A stretch of 64,000 nt of DNA from the NCBI GenBank assembly GCA_016788295.1, contig JAEUSY010000021.1, forward strand, positions 1,417 to 65,416. The letters are read 5' to 3'. A program made the position numbers and the translations under genes. Positions 18,847 to 26,878 of this stretch are shown in pieces (position 1 is the first letter of the stretch; each line of letters opens with the position of its first letter). The notes beneath the pieces were generated by a model. That model worked only from the letters and a program-made list of their open reading frames with translations, did no database searches and was not told where the DNA came from. Source of the stretch: Flavobacteriales bacterium (GTDB lineage: Bacteria > Bacteroidota > Bacteroidia > Flavobacteriales_F > PHOS-HE28).

Positions 18847-19655
18847 GCCGTTCACTGCACGGCAGCATCATTATGGCCCTTGTTGCCTTGGTGCTTTTGC
18901 CATGGACTGCGAAGGGTCAGACCCAACGGGTCACGGACCCCAACTCCAACCTTTGGATCTCTCATTGGGGCGATCAACGGATACATGATCGCTGGAGCCT
19001 GCACACTGAGATCCATTGGCGCCGGGCAGACATGGGGGTGAATTGGCAACAGTTGCTCATTCGACCAGCGGTGAACTTCCACCTGAACGACCACGTGCTG
19101 TTCACCCAGGGCTACAGCTACTATTTCAACTACCAGTACGGCGACCACCCGATACGCTACCAGAACTGGGAACACCATTTGTACCAACAGGTGCAGCTCA
19201 CCCAACCGTTGGGGCGTATCAAGTTCCAGCACCGGTTCCGCATGGAGGAACGGTTCATCGCACAACTTATCCCATCAGAGGAGAACCCAGCGGATGGCGC
19301 GTTCGACCACTATGCCTATCAGAGCCGGTTCAGGTACCGTGTCTGGCTGACCATTCCGCTGGGTAAGCATGAGAAAGTGGAGCCCGGCGTGCTGTCGGCC
19401 AACTTCTACGACGAGGTGTTCCTCAATTTCGGTGACAGCCAACGGTTGGACTACATCCAACAGAACAGGATCTCTGCCATGCTGGGCTACCAAGTGAACA
19501 AACCCTTCAGTGTGCTACTTGGGTTCCTGTACCAGACCATTGAGCGACCCCAAGCGGCGAACGGTGCGGACCTGCTCGAACTGAACTCCACGATACACCT
19601 GGCACTGGTGTACAACTTGGACCTACGAAAGCAGGAATTACCAGCGGCCCATTGA
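18843..19655 (+). CDS. DUF2490-like protein (signal peptide; possible outer-membrane protein)
   Basis: 270 aa; signal peptide 'IMALVALVLLPWTAKGQ'; aromatic/Arg-rich 'RFRYRVWLTIPL' patterns; ATGA-coupled to the SulP stop. Confidence 0.4.
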   Translation: MSRSLHGSIIMALVALVLLPWTAKGQTQRVTDPNSNLWISHWGDQRIHDRWSLHTEIHWRRADMGVNWQQLLIRPAVNFHLNDHVLFTQGYSYYFNYQYGDHPIRYQNWEHHLYQQVQLTQPLGRIKFQHRFRMEERFIAQLIPSEENPADGAFDHYAYQSRFRYRVWLTIPLGKHEKVEPGVLSANFYDEVFLNFGDSQRLDYIQQNRISAMLGYQVNKPFSVLLGFLYQTIERPQAANGADLLELNSTIHLALVYNLDLRKQELPAAH

Positions 19656-19657
19656 AA

Positions 19658-19690
19658 AGCGAAGCCCGCCTTACGGGGCGGGCTTCTGAG
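19658..19690. terminator. bidirectional terminator hairpin between convergent genes
   Basis: GAAGCCCGCC-ttacgg-GGCGGGCTTC located 3 nt after the stop at 19655. Confidence 0.55.
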
Positions 19691-19835
19691 TATCCTGAAC
19701 TCCCGGCTTACGGGCCTGGACAAGGGCTTTTTACGCCGCTGGGCTGATGCCCCCTGTGTTCAGGTATTTCATTCGGAGCTTGCTTACCCAAGCTTCGTGC
19801 TTGATCAACGCAAGGCATGTGCCGAATGTTGCACG

Positions 19836-20006
19836 CTATTTCGAAGACTGTTCGGGAAGAGTGGCCAACAAGGCTTCGGCCTCTGCCCGTTTCAGATCGC
19901 TGGCACGACGATCCACAGTGCTCAACCGATGCGACTCGGCCAACAGGTCCTTGTACCGCTTCATGATCTGGTCCCGTGGATCTTTCTTCTTGAACAGTCC
20001 GAACAT
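19836..20006 (-). CDS. Lacal_2735-family small protein (56 aa), absent from the ORF track
   Basis: hand translation of the minus strand: MFGLFKKKDPRDQIMKRYKDLLAESHRLSTVDRRASDLKRAEAEALLATLPEQSSK*; the 'MFGLFKKK' N-terminus is the hallmark of this Bacteroidota family. Confidence 0.55.
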   Translation of the reverse strand: MFGLFKKKDPRDQIMKRYKDLLAESHRLSTVDRRASDLKRAEAEALLATLPEQSSK

Positions 20007-20081
20007 TATGGGGAGTTTTTTGAAGAACGCTTTCGCTCCTTATCCTGTTCGCAGAAATATCCCTGACCGGTCATACTTGGC

Positions 20082-20453
20082 TCATAACATCGCCTCCCCC
20101 TTCAGGAACATGACGAAAATGAAGGTCATGAGGAAATGATGCAGCAGCAGAAGGCCGGTCATTACGGTAAGCACCGTTTTACCACTGGGCGAAAGCTCTG
20201 GGAAGAGCTTCTTGTTGTTCATGGCGATGATGGGCAAGGGCACCGTGGCCAGCAGGAAGGTGATGGCCAGTGTGCGGAACAGCACCACATCGTTCATTAC
20301 GCCGAAGAAGAGGTGAGCGTAATAGAACAGGAACCCGATGAAAGACAACAGGCCCAACCGGATGAAGAGGCGGGACTCAGCGACCATTTTCTCCTTGGTA
20401 TCCATAGCAGTAGACGCACCCCTTGAACGGGGTTGCGTGGTCCGCGGTTTCAC
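20082..20453 (-). CDS. small membrane protein (3 TM helices), last gene of the membrane-protein operon
   Basis: 123 aa (or 107 aa from MDTKEKM); ATGA overlap with the upstream gene. Confidence 0.4.
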   Translation of the reverse strand: MKPRTTQPRSRGASTAMDTKEKMVAESRLFIRLGLLSFIGFLFYYAHLFFGVMNDVVLFRTLAITFLLATVPLPIIAMNNKKLFPELSPSGKTVLTVMTGLLLLHHFLMTFIFVMFLKGEAML

Positions 20454-21187
20454 TTCTCAACGATCCCCTTGGATAAGCCTGCCAGTGAGCGGTATGACCT
20501 GACCACCGCGACCAGCCCAAGAACGGACCCCAACAAGAACCAGCCCCAACTAAATGGACCGGGCACGTAGCTGTCAATGACCGCGGACATGGAGCTGCTT
20601 GGGGTTTGGACCGATCGAACGAAAGATCCAGTGCGAATGCCTTGGGTGAACGGGTCCATCATGAACGAGACCAGAAAGACCAGGACCGAAAGACCCAACA
20701 GCCACCAGATGGACGCGCTGATCTTCCAAGTCGCATCCCTGGACCTGGCCGCGATGATGATCAGGCCAACGACGATCAATCCGATGGATATAAAGCAGGG
20801 CGCCCATACCGGCCCGACCCATGGCAACGGAAGAAGGAACAGCAGGTCGCTATCGAAGATCGTTGAAGGCCAATCGATCAACACCTTCAGCCACGCGTAA
20901 TAGCCAAGGTCCCAAATACCAAAGCCGATGCAGAACCACGCGAATCGCTCCAAGGCCCTGCTGGCCAACATGGCTGCCACTGTCCAGAGCATCACCATGG
21001 TGGCAACCTCTCGACATACTTCGGTCACCACCAAGTTGGCATCCATGGGCACCAATGGAAAGTGGAACCCGGCCGGATAGTAAAGGGCCCGTATGTAGAT
21101 CACTACCGCGCTCTCCAACAAGGCCATGGCCAAGAAGAACACGGAAGCGGTCACAAGCCGAACCCTCAGTTCCCTGTTCATCATCAT
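20450..21187 (-). CDS. polytopic membrane protein, unknown function
   Basis: ~246 aa from MMMNRELRV; ATGA overlaps on both sides; about 7 hydrophobic helices. Confidence 0.45.
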   Translation of the reverse strand: MMMNRELRVRLVTASVFFLAMALLESAVVIYIRALYYPAGFHFPLVPMDANLVVTEVCREVATMVMLWTVAAMLASRALERFAWFCIGFGIWDLGYYAWLKVLIDWPSTIFDSDLLFLLPLPWVGPVWAPCFISIGLIVVGLIIIAARSRDATWKISASIWWLLGLSVLVFLVSFMMDPFTQGIRTGSFVRSVQTPSSSMSAVIDSYVPGPFSWGWFLLGSVLGLVAVVRSYRSLAGLSKGIVEK

Positions 21188-21699
21188 TGGCGATCCGAAA
21201 ATTGACCAAAGTGGGTGGAGACCACATTGATATCGTATCGGCGCTCCATGCGGCGAATACGGCGAAGCACGGTCCAAAGAGGAATAGCACCCACAACACC
21301 GAACGATGCATCAACACAACGCCAGAAGAAGGGAATGCCCCGGACGGGTGCCCACAGGAAGGCCAGGAGCAGCACGCAGGCGCAACACAAGAGCCCCCAT
21401 TCCACTACCCATTTGTTCCTGACGGGATCGCGGAAAGGACCGATGAAAGCCATGGCAATGACCACATGAGCAAAGGCGAGCCAATCCGTTCCATAGAACA
21501 ACAGCGGGTAGTTCGCATCCACCAAGGCCACCGCATCTGCGGCTTTCTCGGCCCATTCGTACAAGGGGCCACCCACAGGTTCAACAAGCTCAGCAAAAAC
21601 CGAAGTCAGCCAAACGAGCGGAACGGCCGTCAAACCGCTGACGAGCAGGCCCAGCATGAACACCAATAACCAGCGGCGGATATAGGTCAGGTCGCTCAT
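21184..21699 (-). CDS. polytopic membrane protein, unknown function
   Basis: 171 aa; 4 predicted TM helices; ATGA overlap with neighbours. Confidence 0.45.
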   Translation of the reverse strand: MSDLTYIRRWLLVFMLGLLVSGLTAVPLVWLTSVFAELVEPVGGPLYEWAEKAADAVALVDANYPLLFYGTDWLAFAHVVIAMAFIGPFRDPVRNKWVVEWGLLCCACVLLLAFLWAPVRGIPFFWRCVDASFGVVGAIPLWTVLRRIRRMERRYDINVVSTHFGQFSDRQ

Positions 21700-23291
21700 G
21701 ACCGGGGCTTTTCAGGCAGGAAATACCTTATGGTCCTTGCATCAGCGAGGTTCCATTCCTGCCAGTGGGCCTTGCTGCTACGCTTTAGGAAGCGGTCACG
21801 CTTCAGATCCAGCGACCTCCTGAAATACTGGGGCTCCAGCGTCTCCACCCAACGCACACGGTTGTTGCGATGCCTCGCCATCTGCATCTCAACGACCTCG
21901 ATGTTCTCGTACAGCAAGGGCAGCACCTTATCGCTCATGGCGAGGTAGTTGTCGATATCGATCTCGCCCGGGTTGTTGTGCTTCAGGTTGTGGCGCACGA
22001 TCACGGTATCCCAATCCACGGTTGAAAGCGAGACCAACACCATGAATAAGGCCCAGGTGTTCAGGCGGACCAGGTAGAAAAAGCTCTTTCGCTCCTTCAC
22101 CTTGAAGTACAGCGTGATCAGCCCTACCATCACCAACGCAAGAAAAACGATGACACCGATGCGCTTGTAGGCAAGGCCATGGAATGAGATGTAATGGTAG
22201 TTGCGCAGGAACACCGAGATGCCGAGGATGAAGTTCTGGCACAACCAGAGCAGGGCCAAGCGCTTCAGGGCATCACCCTTTTCGTAGAAATTCTGGTTGC
22301 CGCGGAACAGGTGTAACAGGATGACCATACTGAGCAGGATACTGATGATCAGGGCCCAAGTGCCCTCATGAACGAATTGCTTCAAGCTGAAGTCATCTGG
22401 CACTTCGAACCCAAACCAGACCCACGAAACATCGATGGCATTGACCACCGCCAATAGAACATTGACCAGCACCAGGAGCACCATGCCCATACGCCTCTCC
22501 CGTTCGAGGAGGTTCATACCCGTGGGAGCCAACCACTGCGGGCGCCGTATGCGCTTGCGCAACAGGAAGTCAGTCCAACGTTGCTCCCATTGCACCACCG
22601 TGGCAGGCGCGTGGCGGAACAACAACACTCCCGCAACGAACATGGCGAACAGGAAGAACAAGGCATGCGGTGTGAAGATGCTCGTGAGCAGGTCGGCAAT
22701 GAAAGACCATAGACCATCGAGAAAACCGGCGGTGAGCGCTTCGAATCTGGGGTTGCCTACGCGGTAGATCTGGAAGAACACCACTCCGATAATGAGCGGT
22801 AGAACCATGATCCTGCCCAGGCTCCAGCTCTTACGCGGGGCCCGCTCGGCGTGGACCAATTCTCCGGCACCATCCCATGCCGAAGCTGGTAGCATAATGG
22901 CGTTCGCCACGGCCTGCTGTAGTGCGTAATAGAGACTTCGCAATCGGGGTTCGTGGGCCAATGCACTGCCAAGAACGAGACCCATTACTGCCACCACCAT
23001 GGAAAGAACGCTGTTGTTCACAACGACCATCGCCGCACTTAACAACGCACCACCCAAGGCAGTGCGTGCTGGCAACGACAGTCCGCTCCAACCGAGACGC
23101 ATCACCAGGACACCGATGACAACCATGGTGAACAAGAGCACGTTGATGCCCAGATCCATCAAATGGAACAACCGATCAAAGATGATCGCGGTCAGAAATA
23201 TGGTAAGCAGTGGCAGCCAGCGGCGCAGACGTTGGTCGAACATGTTCTTGGGGTTAGACATCCTTTCGGGGAATGAGCTTTTCAATGGCAT
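21696..23291 (-). CDS. large polytopic membrane protein, unknown function (resembles Bacteroidota DUF4173/DUF4153-type proteins; unverified)
   Basis: 531 aa; more than 10 hydrophobic helices; the start may be 23261 or 23243 rather than 23291, since the 5' end overlaps the wHTH gene. Confidence 0.45.
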   Translation of the reverse strand: MPLKSSFPERMSNPKNMFDQRLRRWLPLLTIFLTAIIFDRLFHLMDLGINVLLFTMVVIGVLVMRLGWSGLSLPARTALGGALLSAAMVVVNNSVLSMVVAVMGLVLGSALAHEPRLRSLYYALQQAVANAIMLPASAWDGAGELVHAERAPRKSWSLGRIMVLPLIIGVVFFQIYRVGNPRFEALTAGFLDGLWSFIADLLTSIFTPHALFFLFAMFVAGVLLFRHAPATVVQWEQRWTDFLLRKRIRRPQWLAPTGMNLLERERRMGMVLLVLVNVLLAVVNAIDVSWVWFGFEVPDDFSLKQFVHEGTWALIISILLSMVILLHLFRGNQNFYEKGDALKRLALLWLCQNFILGISVFLRNYHYISFHGLAYKRIGVIVFLALVMVGLITLYFKVKERKSFFYLVRLNTWALFMVLVSLSTVDWDTVIVRHNLKHNNPGEIDIDNYLAMSDKVLPLLYENIEVVEMQMARHRNNRVRWVETLEPQYFRRSLDLKRDRFLKRSSKAHWQEWNLADARTIRYFLPEKPRS

Positions 23292-23547
23292 CCAAATGCT
23301 GACGGAACGCGCGGCCTCCGGCCACTGTTGTCTTGTAGCTGGTATTGGGGCGTTTGCCTATAAAGCGCTTACGCACTTGTACGTAGCCGATTACCTCCAA
23401 TGCCGCCAGGTGACTAGCGAGATTGCCATCGGTGACACCCAGCAGTTCCTTCAGACGGGCATGGTCCACCCATTCGTTCACCACCAGCACGGCCATGATG
23501 CCGAGGCGAACGCGGCTGTCGAACGCTTTATTGAGTTGTTCGATCAT
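23254..23547 (-). CDS. winged-helix (HTH_34-like) transcriptional regulator
   Basis: 97 aa; 'MIEQLNKAFDSRVRLGIMAVLVVNEWVDHARLKELLGVTDGNLASHLAALE' is the conserved Bacteroidota wHTH family. Confidence 0.6.
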   Translation of the reverse strand: MIEQLNKAFDSRVRLGIMAVLVVNEWVDHARLKELLGVTDGNLASHLAALEVIGYVQVRKRFIGKRPNTSYKTTVAGGRAFRQHLDAIEKLIPRKDV

Positions 23548-24251
23548 GGGAGATCGCCTTCTGCGGGACCACGCTCGTACCGATAGTACATCAGCGCACC
23601 ATAGAAGATGTGTAGCACACCGAATCCGATGGTCCAGATGAGCAAAGCCGCATCAAGACGAATGAGGGCAACAAGGCCCAAAACCAATTCGCTCAGCCCC
23701 AACCAACGGATCTCATCCAACGTGAACTTGCTCGCATGGAACAGGGCCAGGCCGTAGAAGATCAAGGTGGCCGCAGGCACCAGGCCAGGCAGGCGATAAT
23801 GGAACAAAGCCAAGCAGAAAAAACCGCCAACGATCAAGGGCACTGCGGTATTGACCACCAGTCGCCTGGCGCTCGCATCCCAAATACCCTGGCCTGTCCT
23901 GCGACCTCGGCGCCACGTGAACCACAACGCTCCGGAAATCGCCACTAAGAGAACAATGGCGCCATCGATAAGAAGGAACCCCAAATGCTCTTCCCAATGA
24001 TCGGAACCGATCGGTGAAGGCGCGAGCGATGAGCGCCGAATTCGATCATCCCAGAACAACGCGAGGTAATGAGGGCGTGCCAGATAGGCCCCGATAATGG
24101 CAGCCACACCGGCTATCACACCGCTAAGACCGCTCAAACTGAGAAAGCGGGTACTGCGGTCCATCAACCCGCGTATGTGGGCCAGGTCATTCATCCGGTC
24201 GTTCGATGTCATGTGCAAAGTACTTTGTACTACAAAGTAACGTGTCGACAC
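23544..24251 (-). CDS. membrane protein, unknown function (first gene of the operon)
   Basis: 235 aa; 4-5 TM helices; start uncertain (maybe at MTSNDRM); ATGA overlap with the wHTH gene. Confidence 0.4.
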   Translation of the reverse strand: MSTRYFVVQSTLHMTSNDRMNDLAHIRGLMDRSTRFLSLSGLSGVIAGVAAIIGAYLARPHYLALFWDDRIRRSSLAPSPIGSDHWEEHLGFLLIDGAIVLLVAISGALWFTWRRGRRTGQGIWDASARRLVVNTAVPLIVGGFFCLALFHYRLPGLVPAATLIFYGLALFHASKFTLDEIRWLGLSELVLGLVALIRLDAALLIWTIGFGVLHIFYGALMYYRYERGPAEGDLP

Positions 24252-24281
24252 GGTGCGAATTGTCCTTCTCTGAAAAAATAT

Positions 24282-25001
24282 TCAATGCATGGTGAGCGCG
24301 CCAAGCGTAGCGCCTACCAGAACGGCCGCGAATCGCTGCGCATTGAAGCGATGCTCCGGAGCGCTCTCGAAGATGATGGTGGTGCTGATGTGCAGCAACA
24401 TACCAATGGCCAGGGCCAGCATATGATCCAGAAAATGACCCTCAGCACCCTCATCCACCAGATTGCCAGCCATGATCCCCAGCGGAGCGGCAAGAGCAAA
24501 GACCACCAACAGCATCCATGTTCGTCCCGACCCTACATGTGAGCGCTGTAGAACGGTGGCCAACGCCACGGCCATGGGCATCTTGTGCAGTAGCACACCC
24601 GCTAGGAAGGGGACATTACCCGCTACCGAGGGATCAGCAAAGGGCATCCCCTCTGCGAACGAGTGCAGGCAAAGGCTTGCCAGTGTAATGAACGGCAATG
24701 CCTTGCCGGGGGTGGCGTGCATATGGCCATGCTCTATTCCATGACTGAAGAACTCGAGCACCACCTGCAACAGGAAGCCGCCAAGTATCCACAGGCCGAT
24801 GTCATGCCCCACCTCCTCGTAAAGCTCGGGAAGCATGTGCAGGAAGACCACGGCCAGCAGGAACGCACCACTGAAGGATAGCAGCAGGCGCATCCACCGT
24901 GCATCAGGGCGCAACCACTGGACCATGGCGCCCGAAAAGAGCGGCAACAAGAGGAACGCCAATGCAACAACGCCGATCATGACAAGGGCCTCATCAACCA
25001 T
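24282..25001 (-). CDS. ZIP-family metal cation transporter
   Basis: 239 aa; 'HSFAEGM', 'LHKMPMAVALATVL', His-rich loop 'HGIEHGHMH'. Confidence 0.85.
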   Translation of the reverse strand: MVDEALVMIGVVALAFLLLPLFSGAMVQWLRPDARWMRLLLSFSGAFLLAVVFLHMLPELYEEVGHDIGLWILGGFLLQVVLEFFSHGIEHGHMHATPGKALPFITLASLCLHSFAEGMPFADPSVAGNVPFLAGVLLHKMPMAVALATVLQRSHVGSGRTWMLLVVFALAAPLGIMAGNLVDEGAEGHFLDHMLALAIGMLLHISTTIIFESAPEHRFNAQRFAAVLVGATLGALTMH

Positions 25002-25705
25002 AGAACATACCGACCAGAAACATCCACATCGAAAGCGGTGGGTACGGGACCATCGGTGCGATCCGCGATAAGGAACCCTGCGGCCTTCGCCATTTCCTCC
25101 AACTGGCTCGGCATCAGGGCCTTTACCCGTTCCTGAAAATGCTCGGTGACCGACCCATCGGCAACTGCGATATGCTTCACGATGACGCCGTTCTCCACTC
25201 CCCGCTGGACCGTGAACCGGATACCATCGCGCTCCAATTCCTCAAGCTGGACCAGATCGTTGATAACGCGGGCCGTGTTCATGAAATCGACCACGAAATG
25301 CCCCCCTGGTCGCACTGCGGCAAAGGCGGCATCGAACACCCGTTGCTCATCCTTCAGGTCATCGAAGTAGCCGATGCTGGTGAACAGGCAACAGACCAGA
25401 TCGAACTGCCCATTACCCACCGGGTCACGCATATCATGCACATGGAACTCTCCATTGGGCAAGTTGGCCTGTGCTTCAGCTATGCTGGCAGGATCAATGT
25501 CCACACCAGTGACGCGCATACCTGAATGCAAGAACCAGCGGGCATGACGTCCCCGGCCGCAAGCCATATCGAGCACCGAAGCACCTTCAGGAACATGCAG
25601 CCGGTCCAGGATCATATCCACCCAAGCCTTCGCTTCCCGCTCATCGCGGTGCCCATAGAGCAGGGTGTAATATCGAGTGCCGAACCAATTGCGGTACCAA
25701 GCCAT
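24977..25705 (-). CDS. class I SAM-dependent methyltransferase
   Basis: 242 aa from MAWYRNW; motif I 'VLDMACGRGRHARWF'; the track ORF is extended 5' by 122 codons of probable non-coding sequence. Confidence 0.7.
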   Translation of the reverse strand: MAWYRNWFGTRYYTLLYGHRDEREAKAWVDMILDRLHVPEGASVLDMACGRGRHARWFLHSGMRVTGVDIDPASIAEAQANLPNGEFHVHDMRDPVGNGQFDLVCCLFTSIGYFDDLKDEQRVFDAAFAAVRPGGHFVVDFMNTARVINDLVQLEELERDGIRFTVQRGVENGVIVKHIAVADGSVTEHFQERVKALMPSQLEEMAKAAGFLIADRTDGPVPTAFDVDVSGRYVLWLMRPLS

Positions 25706-25825
25706 GAGGGAAGCCCCGGTGGCACCGGGACCGCGAATGTAACCCGGCCCTTTGGGTTGACAATTACGTGGATAACTCAACACATGCAGCATTGATCGGA
25801 CCCGCCTCACAGCGCTTGCTTTGCA

Positions 25826-26416
25826 TTGGAAGGCTCCGGGCCATCCTACCGAACTCGCATGCTTGACCGCATTCACGACCTGTACGATGAGCTCGAACGT
25901 CAGCGCGTCATGCTTTCCTTCAAAGGAAGCCTGACCGAGGACCTGATCACGGCCCTGCTCGGCCTGGTGGAACGCAAGATGCTGGCCATAGAGCCCGATG
26001 CCAGGGCCAGGAAACGGGTCTTCAACGTGGTGACCGAATGCCTGCAGAACCTTTACCACCACAACGCGCATCTAAAACTGGCGGATGGACAAGCCGTGCA
26101 GACCACGGACCCGCATGGTGTTGTAATGATCGCCCATGCGGACAGCGGCTATTCCGTTCTGACGGGAAATTTCATGGCCGCAGGCGATGTTGACCGTTTG
26201 AAGACCCATTTGGACAAGATCAATACGCTCGGTCCCGATAAGCTCCGCGACCTCTACCGCGACACCCTTGCCGACGGCCAGTTCAGTCCACATGGTGGCG
26301 GAGGACTGGGCATGATCGATATTGCCCGTAAAAGCGGAGGCAAGCTCGAATACGGATTCGTGCCCTACGACAAGGACAACGCCTTCTTCAGCCTTAACGT
26401 TAACGTGACCCCTTAG
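25826..26416 (+). CDS. SiaB-like (DUF6272, GHKL-type) protein kinase of a partner-switch pair
   Basis: 196 aa (maybe from MLDRIHDLYDEL at 25859); 'ECLQNLYHHN', 'GGGGLGMIDIARKSGGKLEY' GHKL-like ATP lid; followed after 10 bp by the DUF1987 gene. Confidence 0.5.
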   Translation: MEGSGPSYRTRMLDRIHDLYDELERQRVMLSFKGSLTEDLITALLGLVERKMLAIEPDARARKRVFNVVTECLQNLYHHNAHLKLADGQAVQTTDPHGVVMIAHADSGYSVLTGNFMAAGDVDRLKTHLDKINTLGPDKLRDLYRDTLADGQFSPHGGGGLGMIDIARKSGGKLEYGFVPYDKDNAFFSLNVNVTP

Positions 26417-26426
26417 CCCATTCAAC

Positions 26427-26819
26427 ATGGCACCGCTCCAACTTGAAGGTTCGCCCAAGACCCCGCATGTCAATTTCGATCCCGAGACCGGGTTGCTTGA
26501 ACTGAAGGGGCGCTCCATTCCGGAGAACTCCATTGACTTCTACAAGCCCTTGATCGACTGGATCGACAAGTACGGGCGCAGTCCGCAGCCCAAGACAGCC
26601 CTGCACATGCAGTTGGAGTACTTCAATACCAGTTCATCCAAGTGCATTCTCGATGTGTTCAAGAAACTGGAGGCCATTCGTGCCGCTGGCAACGAGGTGA
26701 CCGTGCTTTGGCACTACGAGGCCGATGATGAGGACATGCTGGAGGCCGGCGAGGACTATGCAGGCATCATCAATGTTCCATTCCGAATGATCCAGATCGC
26801 CGAAGTGGATGACAATTAG
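26427..26819 (+). CDS. DUF1987 (SiaC-like) protein
   Basis: 130 aa; 'LEGSPKTPHVNFDPETGLLELKGRSIPENSIDFYKPLIDWI' matches the DUF1987 N-terminal consensus. Confidence 0.65.
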   Translation: MAPLQLEGSPKTPHVNFDPETGLLELKGRSIPENSIDFYKPLIDWIDKYGRSPQPKTALHMQLEYFNTSSSKCILDVFKKLEAIRAAGNEVTVLWHYEADDEDMLEAGEDYAGIINVPFRMIQIAEVDDN

Positions 26820-26837
26820 GACCTGTTTTGCAAGAAC

Positions 26838-26870
26838 GAGAAAGCCCCCGGGATGATCGGGGGCTTTCTC
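26838..26870. terminator. bidirectional terminator hairpin
   Basis: GAGAAAGCCCCCG-ggatgat-CGGGGGCTTTCTC between convergent gene ends (26819 and 26879). Confidence 0.65.
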
Positions 26871-26878
26871 GTTGGGGC

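Noticed and set aside
19747-20139. 130-aa plus-strand ORF in the gap after the SulP operon
   Set aside because: It has no recognisable features. The minus-strand 56-aa ORF with the Lacal_2735 signature occupies the same DNA.
24977-26071. 364-aa ORF as listed in the track
   Set aside because: Only the C-terminal 242 aa, from MAWYRNW, look like a SAM methyltransferase. The 5' 122 codons are Gly/Pro-rich with no homology, so the gene is called from 25705.
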